A stretch of DNA of 64,000 nucleotides from Candidatus Shapirobacteria bacterium (GCA_030698565.1 JAUYJS010000008.1:15098-79097); one strand, 5' to 3'. Numbered from the stretch's first letter, positions 41,101-52,544 are shown. The notes: generated by a model from the sequence alone, not told the origin. Program-made: numbers and translations.

Positions 41101-42276
41101 ATGAAAAAAAAAATATTTAATCTACAAGTAGTCTTGGTCCACGATTATTTAAAAGAATTTGGGGGAGCTGAAGCAGTTTTGGAAACCTTGTCAGAAATTT
41201 TTCCAAAAGCTCCCATTTTTACCACTCTTTATTGTCCTAAATTTTTTGGACCACACCAAGATCGTTTAGAAAAAAAATGGCATAGTAGAATTCATCAAAG
41301 TTTTTTTCAATTTATCCCATTTGCTTATAAAATAGTCAGCCCATTACGTCTCTTGTCACCTCTGGCTTTTAAATCTTTTGATTTTTCTTCATACGATTTA
41401 ATTATTACATCAGCTACTGGTGCCTATTTTCCAAATTCTTTGAATAAAAAAGGAGCTCGTCTAATTTGTTATTGTCACACTCCACCGCGTTATCTTTATG
41501 GTTTACCGACAGCCAGAAATTTAACAAACAACAAGTTTATTCGACTTTTTATAAACTTTATAAACCATTTTCTCCGTTTACTCGATTTCCATTTTGCCAA
41601 AAACGTCGATTTATTCATTGCCAATTCAAATACCACTTCTCAAAGAATCAAAAAATTTTATCGCCGCGAATCTACGATTATTAATCCTCCTATTGATATA
41701 TTAAAAAAGGCGAAGGGTGTTTTTTTAGGAGCGGAATCATGTCCCGAAGGGACGCGTGAGCACCTCCAAAAAATACCCGAGCAGTACTACATCACTGGAG
41801 GTAGACTAGCCCGAGCCAAAAGATATGACATTGCCATTCAAGCTTGTAATCAACTTAAAGTTAAATTAAAAATTTTTGGTCGGGACTTTGCTAATTTTGA
41901 ATCCGAATTAAAACAGCTTGCCGGTCCTACTGTCGAATTTTTAGGTGAAATTACTCAATCTCAAAAATCTCAACTCCTAGCCACAGCCGAAGCTTTTATT
42001 TTTTGTTCCGACAATGAAGATTTTGGCATTGTGCCAGTTGAAGCCATGGCTTATGGTTGTCCTGTAGTGGCTTATAAAAGTGGTGGCACGGCCGAAACAG
42101 TCATTGAAGGCCAAACGGGCATATTTTTTACCAAGTTAACCGCCGACTCTTGTGTTCAAGCTATTAAAAAATTATCAACCCTAAAAATTGATCCCAAAAA
42201 ATGTATAGCACGAGCTACCGAATTTAGTACTGATAACTTTATCAAGAAAATTAAAGCCTCGGTTTCTAAAACTTAG
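41101..42276 (+). CDS. Glycosyltransferase family 4 (GT-B, group 1)
   Basis: 391 aa with C-terminal EDFGIVPVEAMAYGCPVVA and the E-x7-E region. Confidence 0.8.
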   Translation: MKKKIFNLQVVLVHDYLKEFGGAEAVLETLSEIFPKAPIFTTLYCPKFFGPHQDRLEKKWHSRIHQSFFQFIPFAYKIVSPLRLLSPLAFKSFDFSSYDLIITSATGAYFPNSLNKKGARLICYCHTPPRYLYGLPTARNLTNNKFIRLFINFINHFLRLLDFHFAKNVDLFIANSNTTSQRIKKFYRRESTIINPPIDILKKAKGVFLGAESCPEGTREHLQKIPEQYYITGGRLARAKRYDIAIQACNQLKVKLKIFGRDFANFESELKQLAGPTVEFLGEITQSQKSQLLATAEAFIFCSDNEDFGIVPVEAMAYGCPVVAYKSGGTAETVIEGQTGIFFTKLTADSCVQAIKKLSTLKIDPKKCIARATEFSTDNFIKKIKASVSKT

Positions 42277-43229
42277 GAACCATTCTCTAGCCATTTTTGA
42301 ACATCAAGTGCCGCCTTGCAACCATCTCCGGCAGCTGCCACAGCTTGACGATACACACTATCAGCACAATCTCCGGCTGCAAAAATGCCCTCTGTACTGG
42401 TCATTGTTGGAAAATCTGGATTTTTATGTGTCACCACATAACCCGATTCTTCTAATTCAACTAAATTTTGCAAAAAAATGCTTGATGGTTCTCTGCCTAT
42501 TGCCACAAATAAGCCATCAACTTCCACTAACTTTTCTTCACCGGTTAAATTATTTTTTACTTTAATCTTTTCTAGTTTTTCCTGCCCAATTATTTCAGTC
42601 ACCTCACTATTCCACCAGATCTCAATTTTATTATTCCCCAAAATTCTTTTTTGTTCAATCTGTACAGCTCTAAACTTATCTCGGCGGTGAATCATGTAGA
42701 TTTTACTGGCAAATTTTGCCAAAAAACTTCCATCTTCGCATGCCGTATTTCCGCCACCTACCACGGCGACAACCTTGTCTTTAAAAAATATTCCATCGCA
42801 GGTTGCGCAACCACTAACTCCATGACCAATTAATTCTTTTTCACCCTTAATTCCCAGCCACTTAGACTGGGCTCCAGTGGCTATTATTATTGATTTTGAT
42901 TTAATAATTTCTCCATTTTCAAGATAAATATCAAATATATCGGCAGTTTTTTTAATTTCTTTTACTACTCCTTGTTTTATTTCACCACCCAAATTTTTTA
43001 CCTGGGACTGCATGTCCATCATTAATTTAACTCCACCAATACCGGTTGAAAATCCTGGGTAATTATCAACATAAGTTGTCAATGTTAGCTGTCCACCTGG
43101 TTGATTTCCAGCAATAATCAATGTTTTTAAATCAGCTCGAATATTATAAATAGCCGCTGTTAATCCAGCCGGCCCCGAACCTACAATTAGAGTGTCATAA
43201 ACGACTTGAGTGTCTATCATATGGTCCAT
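42273..43229 (-). CDS. trxB: Thioredoxin reductase
   Basis: 318 aa with FAD site GSGPAGLTAAIY, redox CATCDG, and NADPH site GGGNTA. Confidence 0.9.
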   Translation of the reverse strand: MDHMIDTQVVYDTLIVGSGPAGLTAAIYNIRADLKTLIIAGNQPGGQLTLTTYVDNYPGFSTGIGGVKLMMDMQSQVKNLGGEIKQGVVKEIKKTADIFDIYLENGEIIKSKSIIIATGAQSKWLGIKGEKELIGHGVSGCATCDGIFFKDKVVAVVGGGNTACEDGSFLAKFASKIYMIHRRDKFRAVQIEQKRILGNNKIEIWWNSEVTEIIGQEKLEKIKVKNNLTGEEKLVEVDGLFVAIGREPSSIFLQNLVELEESGYVVTHKNPDFPTMTSTEGIFAAGDCADSVYRQAVAAAGDGCKAALDVQKWLENGS

Positions 43230-43278
43230 TTTATCATCTAATACTTGATACTAAGCACAGAATCCTCAATACTAAATA

Positions 43279-44202
43279 ATGAACCGAGAAATTAGAGGAA
43301 CTATTATTTTTGTTCTTAAATTAATTAAGACTAAGGGTAGTTTTTTATTTTGGTTTTTTGTTCGTTTATTTTCGGCCACACTTCCTCTAATTTCAATTTA
43401 TCTATTTTCTCGTACTATTAGTCTATTGGAAAAAGGCACTGATTTAAAGCAAATAGTTTCCTTGATATTAATTATTTTTTTGGTTTTTCTCTTAGAAAAT
43501 TTTACCCGGAACTTATCATTGTCGAAACTGGAAGTAATAAACAACAATATCCAATTTGATATTCATAATTATTTAATTCCTGGACTCGAATTAAAAAATA
43601 AGCTTTCTCGTCATCAAGGTATTCAAACTATTAGAAATTTTTCCGAAGCCTTGAGGATGACATTGGAACTATTACGTCAACCTGGAGCCGACAGCCTTAT
43701 TTCTCTTATTGCTACTCCAATTATTCTTTACTTTTTAGATCTCAGGGTTTTTGTGATTGAAGTCGCTTATATATCCATTTATTTTTTAGTCGATATTTAT
43801 ACAACTCAACATTATATATTTTTGAAAAATTTAAGTCATGCCAAAACCGAAGCTTATTATGCCCGGCTTCAAGATTCTAACGACATTGATTTGGAAGAAA
43901 CCCAATACAACCGATTGATAGTTAAATTAAGTCGTTGGGCTTTTACCGAAGGATTTTTTCTCCAAACCACCATGACTATTTTTTATTCCCTAATCCTTTT
44001 TTATTTAGTTTTATCAGTATCCATGGGTTTTAAAACCGTTTCAGACTTGGTTTTGATTATGGGTTACGTAGTTTCTACTCAAACTTTTCTTAATTCATTA
44101 AGTACTATCAAAGACAAGCTAACCGACACCAAGGTCGCTCTTTATCGTTTAGCTAAAAGTGAATCGGTCGACTGTATAAATATCGACGATTTGATAACAT
44201 AG
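43279..44202 (+). CDS. ABC-exporter-type transmembrane domain protein lacking an ATPase domain
   Basis: 307 aa, 6 TM in type-I exporter layout. Ends (VALYRLAKSES) where an NBD would normally begin. The next gene starts 4 nt later. Confidence 0.35.
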   Translation: MNREIRGTIIFVLKLIKTKGSFLFWFFVRLFSATLPLISIYLFSRTISLLEKGTDLKQIVSLILIIFLVFLLENFTRNLSLSKLEVINNNIQFDIHNYLIPGLELKNKLSRHQGIQTIRNFSEALRMTLELLRQPGADSLISLIATPIILYFLDLRVFVIEVAYISIYFLVDIYTTQHYIFLKNLSHAKTEAYYARLQDSNDIDLEETQYNRLIVKLSRWAFTEGFFLQTTMTIFYSLILFYLVLSVSMGFKTVSDLVLIMGYVVSTQTFLNSLSTIKDKLTDTKVALYRLAKSESVDCINIDDLIT

Positions 44203-44206
44203 GTTC

Positions 44207-45073
44207 ATGCCAGAATTACCTGAGGTTGAAGTTATTCGCCAATTTTTAGACAAGAATTTAATCAACAAAACCATTGCTGATTTAACAATACTAAACCCTA
44301 AATCTTTTGTGGGTAACACTGACCAGGTCATAGGCCAAAAAATAGTTTCATTTTCTCGTTTAGGTAAACAATTATCATTTAATCTATCAAACGACTTAAT
44401 TCTCCTGTTTCATCTCAAAATGACTGGACAATTAGTAATTATCAAAAAGACAAAAACCGTTTTAGGTCACCCTACACCAAAAACCAATGAACTATCTTTA
44501 CCTCACAAAGCCACTCGGTTAATTTTAACCTTTTCCGAAGATACTAATCTCTACTTTAATGATCAACGTAAATTTGGTTGGGTAAAATTACTTAAACCAG
44601 AGGAACTAAAAGATTTTCAAAAAACTCTCGGTTTAGATATTTTTGATTCTAATTTCACCTCCAAATATTTTTATTCTCAACTCCAAAAAAGTGGTCGCGG
44701 TATAAAATTAGTCCTTTTGGATCAAAACAAATTCGCTGGCATTGGCAATATTTATGCCAATGACGCTTTGTTTTTAAGCCAGATTCATCCTCAAACCCCT
44801 GCCAATTGTGTGACTAAAACTCAAGCAAAAAATCTTCATTCCTACCTAATTTCTTTGATGACTGAATCAATCAAACACGGAGGCTCTACTGCCAAAGACA
44901 ATAAATACATTCACCCCGACGGCTCTTTTGGTCAGCACCAGTACTATTTTAGGGTTTACCAAAAAGAAGGCGAACCTTGTTCTGTTTGCACTACTCCTAT
45001 AAAACGCCTTAAAATAAGTGGTCGTTCAGCTTTCTTTTGTCCATCTTGTCAAATCAAAAGTAATTGCTTGTAA
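44207..45073 (+). CDS. mutM: Formamidopyrimidine-DNA glycosylase (Fpg/Nei family)
   Basis: 288 aa. N-terminal MPELPEVE, H2TH region, C-terminal zinc finger CSVC...CPSC. Confidence 0.85.
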   Translation: MPELPEVEVIRQFLDKNLINKTIADLTILNPKSFVGNTDQVIGQKIVSFSRLGKQLSFNLSNDLILLFHLKMTGQLVIIKKTKTVLGHPTPKTNELSLPHKATRLILTFSEDTNLYFNDQRKFGWVKLLKPEELKDFQKTLGLDIFDSNFTSKYFYSQLQKSGRGIKLVLLDQNKFAGIGNIYANDALFLSQIHPQTPANCVTKTQAKNLHSYLISLMTESIKHGGSTAKDNKYIHPDGSFGQHQYYFRVYQKEGEPCSVCTTPIKRLKISGRSAFFCPSCQIKSNCL

Positions 45074-45122
45074 TAAAAAAATAAATTTTGCGTATTAATA
45101 TTAAGTTAATAATTTTTTTAAA

Positions 45123-45689
45123 ATGAAAAACACAACTAAAACATTTTTTTTAATAACCGCCTTATATTTATTTTTAACCACCCCAACTTTTGCTGTTGAG
45201 TCTACTCTTACCCCTGCTAAAACTGTTAAGTTAGAGCGTGAGGACAAACAAGGATTAAAAGAAGAAAAACAAGAGTTTAAAAACACGATTAAGAAAACTC
45301 AACAAGAAGACAAAACTCAAAAGAAACAAGTTTTAAGTCAACTCAAAAAAACTAGATTAGAAAACAGCTTTAATCGAATTAAAAAAGAGTTAAATACCAG
45401 ACTAAATTATCTTACGTCCATGAAAACCAAAATCGAAGCCAGACTTAATCAAAAGAAAGCCGCCGGTAAAGATGTCAGCGCGGCGGAAACCAAATTAAAA
45501 GAATTTGACACTACAGCTTATACCGCTGATATGGCTGCTCTTAACACTCAAATTAGTCAAATTATGACAGTAGATAAACCAGTCAGTTTAATGCCCCAAC
45601 TTCGAGCGGCAGTTAATAAAGTTAGGACCGACTTAAACAACTTACACAAAGTTTTAGTCGATAGTTTAAGACTTATTGTCAGAAACTAA
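45123..45689 (+). CDS. Secreted coiled-coil protein, unknown
   Basis: 188 aa with signal peptide and Lys/Glu/Gln-rich helical repeats. Confidence 0.4.
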   Translation: MKNTTKTFFLITALYLFLTTPTFAVESTLTPAKTVKLEREDKQGLKEEKQEFKNTIKKTQQEDKTQKKQVLSQLKKTRLENSFNRIKKELNTRLNYLTSMKTKIEARLNQKKAAGKDVSAAETKLKEFDTTAYTADMAALNTQISQIMTVDKPVSLMPQLRAAVNKVRTDLNNLHKVLVDSLRLIVRN

Positions 45690-45764
45690 GATTATAAAAT
45701 GCAAATCAAAAAAAACCCCATCTCTTTTTATTAGGACGGTTTTTTTTGTTATAGTTTTATAAAT

Positions 45765-46019
45765 ATGAAAAAAAATATTGTTTATATTCTAACCATTTTA
45801 GCCGTTTCTTTTAGTCTTTCAGCTTGTACCACATCAGAATTAAAAATTAAATTATTGGAAAAAGTAGGTCAAAAGGTGGAAAAAGTAGAAAATAAAATTA
45901 ACCAAAAAACTGATGATGAAAAAACCGAAATTAATGACCAAACCCTTCAAGAGTTAAACACCTCTCCTGGTTCAACTATCGACCAGGACCTTGATCAAAT
46001 CGAAATCGATCTTAAATAA
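45765..46019 (+). CDS. Small lipoprotein candidate
   Basis: 84 aa with a signal peptide ending LSAC (lipobox-like). Confidence 0.35.
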   Translation: MKKNIVYILTILAVSFSLSACTTSELKIKLLEKVGQKVEKVENKINQKTDDEKTEINDQTLQELNTSPGSTIDQDLDQIEIDLK

Positions 46020-46407
46020 GACCAAAAGATCTTATTAAAGATAATAATAGACTACAGACACTGACGGCAAATAAGACGCTTAACCAGATTCTAAAACGAG
46101 TTAATTTGTAGTTGTTTTCCAGTTGAGCAAAAATAAAACCGGCCAGTATTATAACCGATATAGTTATTAGCAGGGTAAAGTATGGGAAATCATTTATAAT
46201 TACCTCTCGGCCAATTTCCCCAAATTCAATTAACTCTTTAGGATTGATTACTCCGATTAAATACCAGACTAGTCTAACTAAAACAGAACTAATTATTATC
46301 AACAAAATCCAGCCACCCTTAATTCCTATTTTTTGAATCCGAAACCACCATTTGGGCTTCATTTTAATTTCTTTCTTTTTAATTTGGCTCATTATTTTTT
46401 CTTTCAT
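46012..46407 (-). CDS. Membrane protein, putative anti-sigma factor (by position)
   Basis: 131 aa, 3 TM. Overlaps the ECF sigma stop by 4 nt. Confidence 0.35.
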   Translation of the reverse strand: MKEKIMSQIKKKEIKMKPKWWFRIQKIGIKGGWILLIIISSVLVRLVWYLIGVINPKELIEFGEIGREVIINDFPYFTLLITISVIILAGFIFAQLENNYKLTRFRIWLSVLFAVSVCSLLLSLIRSFGLI

Positions 46408-46967
46408 TTTAGTTTAATTAATTTGTGTTTTAATAATTTTTTAGCTCTAAACAACAATACTCCAACTTGACTATGAGGAATATGTAAAATATCGGAAATT
46501 TCCTCGTAATTTCTATTATCATAATAAAAAAGAAGAATACTTTCTTTATATTTTAAATCTAACTCATTTATGTATTTTTTTATTAATAGGTTCCGTTCAG
46601 TCTCTATTTCTAAATCTTCCGCTAATTTTTGATTGTTATCAAAGTAATCTTCTTTAAAATCCAAAGATTCACTTTTTAGTCTCTTTTTGCTTTTAAAATA
46701 ATCGATGGCGTTGTTGTGGGCTATCCGGTAAATCCAACTGGAAAATTTTTTTTGGGTATCAAATGACTGGATATTTACATAAACACTTACAAAAACCTCT
46801 TGAAGTAAATCTTCCACATCTTCTCCAGATTGATTAATCAAGTTCTTTAAATAAAAAAACAGTTTCTTTTCGTATCTGTCGATCACTAATCCAAACTTTT
46901 CTTGTTTACCTTTTTGGATTAAATTAATTAATTCCTCATCAGTCATAAGTCTATTATACAAGCCCAT
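46404..46967 (-). CDS. ECF-type RNA polymerase sigma-70 factor
   Basis: 187 aa with region 2 (DLLQEVFVSVY...FSSWIYRIAHNNAIDYFK) and region 4 HTH. Confidence 0.8.
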   Translation of the reverse strand: MGLYNRLMTDEELINLIQKGKQEKFGLVIDRYEKKLFFYLKNLINQSGEDVEDLLQEVFVSVYVNIQSFDTQKKFSSWIYRIAHNNAIDYFKSKKRLKSESLDFKEDYFDNNQKLAEDLEIETERNLLIKKYINELDLKYKESILLFYYDNRNYEEISDILHIPHSQVGVLLFRAKKLLKHKLIKLK

Positions 46968-46968
46968 G

Positions 46969-46981
46969 CTACACTTGTAGT
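46969..46981. promoter_or_regulatory. cop-box-like dyad cTACActTGTAgt abutting the ATG of the BlaI/CopY-like repressor gene
   Basis: Matches the TACAnnTGTA operator consensus of BlaI/MecI/CopY repressors. Related dyads occur at 47366-47382, 53273-53288 and 56355-56370. Confidence 0.45.
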
Positions 46982-47350
46982 ATGAATTGCCAAGTTAAAT
47001 GTCGTCAAAAATGCCAATTATTAGGCTCTTTAGAACAAAAAATAATTGAAGTTTTGTGGAATGCGAAAAACCCGCTTAAGCCAGCCGAAGTCCTAATGAA
47101 AATTGAAGGTGAATATTCATATACCACCATCATGACTGTATTAAAAAGGATGTCTTTAAAAGGAATTTTAAAAAGAGAGTTGAATGGTAAGGTCTATTTT
47201 TACAGTCCTTTAAAAATCAAAGAAACTTTTGTTGCCGATTGTTTAAATGACTTATTCGCCCGCCTTTTTGATTGTTATGGGCAAGCTGTAGTTGATTCTT
47301 TTTATTCTTCTGCTAAAGAAGCTAATATTAAAACCTCACTTGCTTCTTGA
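46982..47350 (+). CDS. BlaI/MecI/CopY-family winged-helix transcriptional repressor
   Basis: 122 aa with LGSLEQKIIEVLW...YTTIMTVLKRMSLKGIL. Has an extra Cys-rich N-terminus, MNCQVKCRQKCQ. Confidence 0.7.
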   Translation: MNCQVKCRQKCQLLGSLEQKIIEVLWNAKNPLKPAEVLMKIEGEYSYTTIMTVLKRMSLKGILKRELNGKVYFYSPLKIKETFVADCLNDLFARLFDCYGQAVVDSFYSSAKEANIKTSLAS

Positions 47351-47381
47351 CATTTTTTTTAACTCTACTACACTTTGTAGT

Positions 47382-48893
47382 ATGTCAACAAAAAATAAAG
47401 TTCAAACATTCTTTGTCCAAGGTCTTCACTGTGCCTCTTGTCAATTAATAATCGAAAAAAGATTAATTAAAGAAGATGGTATTGAGATGGTTGATGTTTC
47501 CCTAAACAAAGGATCTCTAACGATTGAACACAATCCTGATCTCAAAATAACACCCGATGTTTTAAATAGAATCTTTAATGAAGACGGTTACAAATTTGCT
47601 CGTGAACATTTCAAAAAGACCCAACAAATAGCTAAAAATAGTCATTGTGCTATTCCAGACGAAGCTCCATCTAATCCTTTAAATTCATATTTAATTGCAG
47701 GTATCTTTATTTTGGGTTATCTATTTTTATCCAAGAGTGGTTTTTCTTCTCTAATTTCAGTTAATTCCCAATCATCTTTACCAGTATTTTTTCTTTTTGG
47801 ATTATTAGCCGGCCTTTCTAGTTGTGCTGCCTTAGTCGGTGGAATAATTTTATCTTTAAGTAAACAATGGTTATCAGTATATAGCTCCGACGAATCAACC
47901 CTGAGAAAATCCGAGCCCCATATTCTTTTTAATCTAGGTCGAGTTTTAGGTTATGTCGTTTTAGGGGGAGTTTTAGGTTACATCGGTAATTTCTTTAGAC
48001 TATCGCCAATTACCACCGCATCGATAGTTATCTTAGTTTCTTTATTTATGGCCGCTTTAGGTTTACAAATGGTTGGAGTAAAAGCTTTGCGTAATTTTCA
48101 AATTCGATTACCCACATCTATAACCCGAAAATTAGCTGATGAAACTAATTTCCAAGGGCGTTTGGGACCATTTTTAATGGGGGCCTTAACTTTCTTTTTA
48201 CCCTGTGGTTTTACTGCTACCGCTCAGGCTTTAGCTCTTTCTTCAGGTAATCCTACTCAAGGAGCTTTGATTATGGGTTTATTTGCACTAGGTACGGTTC
48301 CTGGCCTTTTAGCTATTGGTTTAAGTAGTGTCAAATTTTATAGTGATCCCAAAATTTCTCGTCAGTTTTCTTTAATTGCCGGAATTTTAGTTCTGTTCTT
48401 TTCCATTTTCAATATCAATTCTCAGATGTCGGTTTTAGGTGTTTCTAGTCTAAGTGATTTAATTCCGAGTAACATAGCAACAAAAACCCAAACTGTGGGG
48501 GAGTTGCCGCCAATGGTGAACGGAAAACAAGTTATTAAAATTAAAGCGTCTTCCACTGGTTACATTCCAAATCGTATTACGATGAGAGCCAATACTCCAA
48601 CACGCTGGGAAGTTACCGATACTGGTACTAGTGGTTGTACCAACGCTATTATTTCCCGAAGTTTATTTGAAGGTCAAATTGACTTAACCCCCGGTACTAT
48701 ATCTTTTAAGGAATTTACATCACCTAAGCCAGGGAAATACAAGTTCTCTTGTTGGATGGGGATGATATCTGGAACAGTAGAAGTAGTGGATGAAACTGGC
48801 TCAACTGGAGCTACTGCAAATGCCGTACCAGTTGAATCTGGAGCCAAAGGTTGTGGTTGTGGTGGAGGCGGTAGCGCCTGTGGCGGCCGCTAA
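47382..48893 (+). CDS. Heavy-metal-associated (HMA) domain + DsbD_2/CcdA-like membrane domain + C-terminal cupredoxin-like domain protein
   Basis: Start reassigned to ATG 47382 (MSTKNKVQTF). GLHCASCQ HMA motif, about 6 TM with an LPCG motif, and a C-terminal cupredoxin-like domain (KPGKYKFSCWMGMISGTVEVV) with a Gly/Cys tail. Confidence 0.55.
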   Translation: MSTKNKVQTFFVQGLHCASCQLIIEKRLIKEDGIEMVDVSLNKGSLTIEHNPDLKITPDVLNRIFNEDGYKFAREHFKKTQQIAKNSHCAIPDEAPSNPLNSYLIAGIFILGYLFLSKSGFSSLISVNSQSSLPVFFLFGLLAGLSSCAALVGGIILSLSKQWLSVYSSDESTLRKSEPHILFNLGRVLGYVVLGGVLGYIGNFFRLSPITTASIVILVSLFMAALGLQMVGVKALRNFQIRLPTSITRKLADETNFQGRLGPFLMGALTFFLPCGFTATAQALALSSGNPTQGALIMGLFALGTVPGLLAIGLSSVKFYSDPKISRQFSLIAGILVLFFSIFNINSQMSVLGVSSLSDLIPSNIATKTQTVGELPPMVNGKQVIKIKASSTGYIPNRITMRANTPTRWEVTDTGTSGCTNAIISRSLFEGQIDLTPGTISFKEFTSPKPGKYKFSCWMGMISGTVEVVDETGSTGATANAVPVESGAKGCGCGGGGSACGGR

Positions 48894-48943
48894 ATTTATT
48901 GAATTTATTAATTCTTAATTATTAATTTTTAATTAAACTAATT

Positions 48944-49156
48944 ATGCAAACAGTAACTTTTAGTATTCCCGACATGCACTGTCCTTCTTGTCCTAAATTA
49001 ATCAAATTGACTTTACTAGACATCGATGGGGTTAATGAAGTTGAAGCTTCGTTAGACACAAAAAAAGTAGTTGTTAATTTTGATTCTCAAAAAACTTCAG
49101 TTGTTTCACTTATTAATTCAATCAAAGAAACTGGATATACCGCCAGTCTTAAATAA
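48944..49156 (+). CDS. copZ: Copper chaperone CopZ (HMA domain)
   Basis: 70 aa with the MHCPSC metal-binding motif. Near-duplicate of the first HMA domain of the downstream ATPase. Confidence 0.8.
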   Translation: MQTVTFSIPDMHCPSCPKLIKLTLLDIDGVNEVEASLDTKKVVVNFDSQKTSVVSLINSIKETGYTASLK

Positions 49157-49160
49157 ATCT

Positions 49161-52100
49161 ATGACTCAAGATATAAAATCAAAGCAGGTGATTTTATCTG
49201 TTCCCGATATGCACTGTCCTTCTTGTCCTAAATTAATTACTCTCGGCCTCAAGGATCAATCCGGAGTTATTTCTGTTAATGCTTCTTTGGAAAATAAACA
49301 AGTCGTTGTTAATTTTGATCCGGAAAAAATTAAAATCAACGATTTATTAGCCAACATAAAAGAATCTGGATATACAGCCATATCCAAAGAGAACGGAGAT
49401 ATGCCTGTTATCGAAAATGCACCACCTGAATTACCTACAAAAACAATTACTCCAACTACTGTTTCTGGTACCCAGGTTGCCCTTTTAAATTTAACTGGTA
49501 TGCACTGTTCTTCATGTGCTGGTTTAATTGAAAGGTCTCTTAAAAAAATACCCGGCGTGACTGAAGTCAATGTTAATTTTGCCTCGGAAAAAGCCCGGAT
49601 TGTTTACAATTCCAACACAACAAAGGTTGAAGATTTGATTAAAGGTGTCGAATCAGCTGGTTACCACGCCTCACAGCCTGGTGAAAAAGAAGAAAACCAG
49701 AAAGAAAAACGAGCCCACGAAATTAGTTATTGGTCCAAAAAATTTCTCCTAGGTCTGGTTTTGAGTTTACCCATGATTCTTTTCATGGTTTACGATTTCA
49801 CTAATGCCATTCCATTTAAGACCAGCATTATGCCTTACGCCGGAATTCTCTCACTGCTTTTATCCACCCCGGTTCTTTTTTATGTCGGATCAAACTTTTT
49901 CGCTGGTTTTTGGTCAGCCCTAAAAATGCGAACTTTTTCTATGGATTCGTTAATTGCTATCGGTACCGGTACTGCTTTCACCTACAGTCTTTACGAATTC
50001 ATTAAATATGCTTCTGAAACAGGTTCCATTATTGGTTTAAATGGCACAAAGGTTCCAGATCTTTATTTTGAAGTAGCGGCATTTTTAATCACCTTTGTTT
50101 CTTTAGGTAAATATCTTGAAGCCAAAGCCAAAGGCAAAACTTCCGAAGCGATTGAAAAACTCACAGGGTTAGCTCCTAAAACCGCCCGAGTTATGCGTCA
50201 AGGTCAACCAATCGATATCCCAGTAGAACAGGTCGTTGTGGGGGATATCATTGTTGTTCGTCCTGGTGAAAGAATTCCAGTTGATGGTGAGGTAGTTTCT
50301 GGTTATTCAGCTGTCGATGAATCGATCCTTACGGGTGAATCTTTACCTGTTGAAAAACAAATTGGGTCTAAAGTTTATACAGCTTCTATCAATAAAACCG
50401 GTTCCTTCGAATTTAAAACTACAAAAATTGGTGCCGACACAGCCTTAAGTCAAATCGTAAAATTAATTGAAGATGCCCAAGGGTCTAAGGCGCCAATCCA
50501 AGCTGTTGCCGACAAAATTTCTTCAATTTTCGTTCCAGTGGTTATTGGAATTGCCATTCTTACCTTCATAGTTTGGTATTTTTTACTTAGTGCCACTTTA
50601 ACCTTTTCTCTTTTAGCTTTTGTTGCTGTTATCGTTATTGCCTGTCCTTGCGCCTTAGGCTTAGCTACTCCGACTTCAATCATGGTCGGAACTGGCAAAG
50701 GGGCCGAATATGGTGTTTTGATAAAAGGTGGTGAACCTTTAGAAATGGCTGAAAAAATCAAGGCCATCGTCTTTGACAAAACTGGTACCCTAACTAAGGG
50801 TAAACCAGAAGTAACCGACTTTATAAATTACCTGCCAGGTGATCAAACTATTCTTTCAGTTTTGTATTCAATTGAACAAAAAAGCGAGCATCCCTTGGCC
50901 GAAGCCATTGTTCGTTATGGTCAAAATACTGGTGCTGTTAATTATGCCATTGAAGACTTTCAAGCCATCCCAGGTCATGGTGTCAAAGCCACCGTTAATG
51001 GGCAAGTCTATTTTGTAGGTAATCGTAAACTTTTGGAAATCAACCAAATTCCTCTAACTTCTGGTTATGACATGGAAAGATTAGAAAACGATGGTAAAAC
51101 CGCCATGGTCATAGCTAATCAAGAAAAAGTTTTAGGTTTAATTGCTGTAGCCGATCAAGTTAAAGAATCATCTGCTTCAGTTGTCTCCAAGCTAACAAAA
51201 ATGGGTATAACTGTTTATATGATTACTGGCGACAACCGTCGTACAGCTGATGCAATCGCTAAACAGGTCGGTATTACTAATGTATTAGCTGAAGTTTTAC
51301 CTCAAAATAAAGCTGAGGAAGTTAAAAAGCTTCAAGATTCTGGTATTAAAGTTGCCATGGTTGGTGATGGTATTAATGACGCTCCAGCTCTAACTCAAGC
51401 TGATTTAGGTATAGCCATGGCCTCTGGTGCCGATATTGCCATGGAATCAGGAAATATTGTAATAATGACCAACGACTTAAACGGCGTTTTAACTGCCATA
51501 AGTCTATCGCGGGAAACTGTTGGTAAAATTCGTCAAAACATGTTTTTTGCCTTATTTTATAACGTCTTAGGTATCCCGATTGCAGCCCGCGCCTTAGCTT
51601 TTATGGGTCTTATTCTTAAGCCTGAGCTAGCTGGCTTGGCTATGGCATTGTCTTCAGTTTCAGTTGTGACCAATTCTTTAACCCTAAAATTATTTAAGCC
51701 AGGTAAATTCAATTGGATTTCTCGTTTAGCCCCTTTTGTTATGGTGGGTCTATTTTTAGGTGTATTTATCGAATTTGCTCGATTTTCTTCCCAAATGGGA
51801 GGATTAGAGTCTGGGGCCAAATCTGGGCCGGCTGCCTATATTCAAAAAGCTCCAGTTATTAAAACAGTCATAAATAGGCTTTTGGTCGACAATGCTTCCA
51901 AGATTGGTTTTGCGGAAAACCTCCCTAAGTTATTTATAGGTGTCAACAAATTACCTGAATCAATAATGCTAGCCGAGGGCTCCTCCGATCTTTCAGAACA
52001 GGGAAGTGTCATTTTAGGTGCCAAAGAAGCTGCCATGATGACAGAAGAAGGTTTAATTAGTGGTATCAATTCTGAGATCCCTGACTTTTTCGGGCTACCC

Positions 52101-52544
52101 AAATTAAAAGTTGTCGGCATCCTGGCTCCTACTGGCACGATTCTAGACGAATATCATATCTTTAGTAAAGATAGCTTAGAAGGTTTAACCAAAGCTAATA
52201 ATGATTTTCTAATTACAGAAACTCCCCTAGAAGACCTTAAACTTTTTTATCTTTATGACAGTGCCAATATCCCTAAGGCTTTAGATTCACTTATCAACCC
52301 AGCCAAAACTTCATATACGATTGATGGAACTAAATATCTTTCGACCGTAATTGGTTATGATGAGGCCAAAATGATGATTAAAGAAAAACTTTTCCAAAAA
52401 AAGTTTGACACCATCAAAGATATTTTTGGCAACAATATTATAATTACCGGTCTTCCTAAAAAGACTCTTACTAGTCTTGATATGATGCACTTTGTACCCA
52501 GGGAATTTAAAGATAATTTTATTTCCACCTCTGAAAATAAATAA
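49161..52544 (+). CDS. copA: Copper-translocating P1B-type ATPase CopA with two N-terminal HMA domains and a ~300-aa C-terminal extension
   Basis: Start reassigned to ATG 49161 (MTQDIKSK), directly after the copZ stop. Motifs: MHCPSC, GMHCSSC, TGES, CPC ([12 protein letters not shown]), [17 protein letters not shown]. About 300 aa follow the last TM, with no counterpart in canonical CopA. Confidence 0.85.
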   Translation: MTQDIKSKQVILSVPDMHCPSCPKLITLGLKDQSGVISVNASLENKQVVVNFDPEKIKINDLLANIKESGYTAISKENGDMPVIENAPPELPTKTITPTTVSGTQVALLNLTGMHCSSCAGLIERSLKKIPGVTEVNVNFASEKARIVYNSNTTKVEDLIKGVESAGYHASQPGEKEENQKEKRAHEISYWSKKFLLGLVLSLPMILFMVYDFTNAIPFKTSIMPYAGILSLLLSTPVLFYVGSNFFAGFWSALKMRTFSMDSLIAIGTGTAFTYSLYEFIKYASETGSIIGLNGTKVPDLYFEVAAFLITFVSLGKYLEAKAKGKTSEAIEKLTGLAPKTARVMRQGQPIDIPVEQVVVGDIIVVRPGERIPVDGEVVSGYSAVDESILTGESLPVEKQIGSKVYTASINKTGSFEFKTTKIGADTALSQIVKLIEDAQGSKAPIQAVADKISSIFVPVVIGIAILTFIVWYFLLSATLTFSLLAFVAVIVIACPCALGLATPTSIMVGTGKGAEYGVLIKGGEPLEMAEKIKAIVFDKTGTLTKGKPEVTDFINYLPGDQTILSVLYSIEQKSEHPLAEAIVRYGQNTGAVNYAIEDFQAIPGHGVKATVNGQVYFVGNRKLLEINQIPLTSGYDMERLENDGKTAMVIANQEKVLGLIAVADQVKESSASVVSKLTKMGITVYMITGDNRRTADAIAKQVGITNVLAEVLPQNKAEEVKKLQDSGIKVAMVGDGINDAPALTQADLGIAMASGADIAMESGNIVIMTNDLNGVLTAISLSRETVGKIRQNMFFALFYNVLGIPIAARALAFMGLILKPELAGLAMALSSVSVVTNSLTLKLFKPGKFNWISRLAPFVMVGLFLGVFIEFARFSSQMGGLESGAKSGPAAYIQKAPVIKTVINRLLVDNASKIGFAENLPKLFIGVNKLPESIMLAEGSSDLSEQGSVILGAKEAAMMTEEGLISGINSEIPDFFGLPKLKVVGILAPTGTILDEYHIFSKDSLEGLTKANNDFLITETPLEDLKLFYLYDSANIPKALDSLINPAKTSYTIDGTKYLSTVIGYDEAKMMIKEKLFQKKFDTIKDIFGNNIIITGLPKKTLTSLDMMHFVPREFKDNFISTSENK

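Noticed and set aside
17200-49160. ORF-track start codons at 17200, 47292 and 49071
   Set aside because: Each extended start would overlap the upstream gene or its stop. Downstream in-frame ATGs (17320, 47382, 49161) give sensible N-termini (METKIL..., MSTKNK..., MTQDIK...) immediately after the upstream stop or operator, so those were used.
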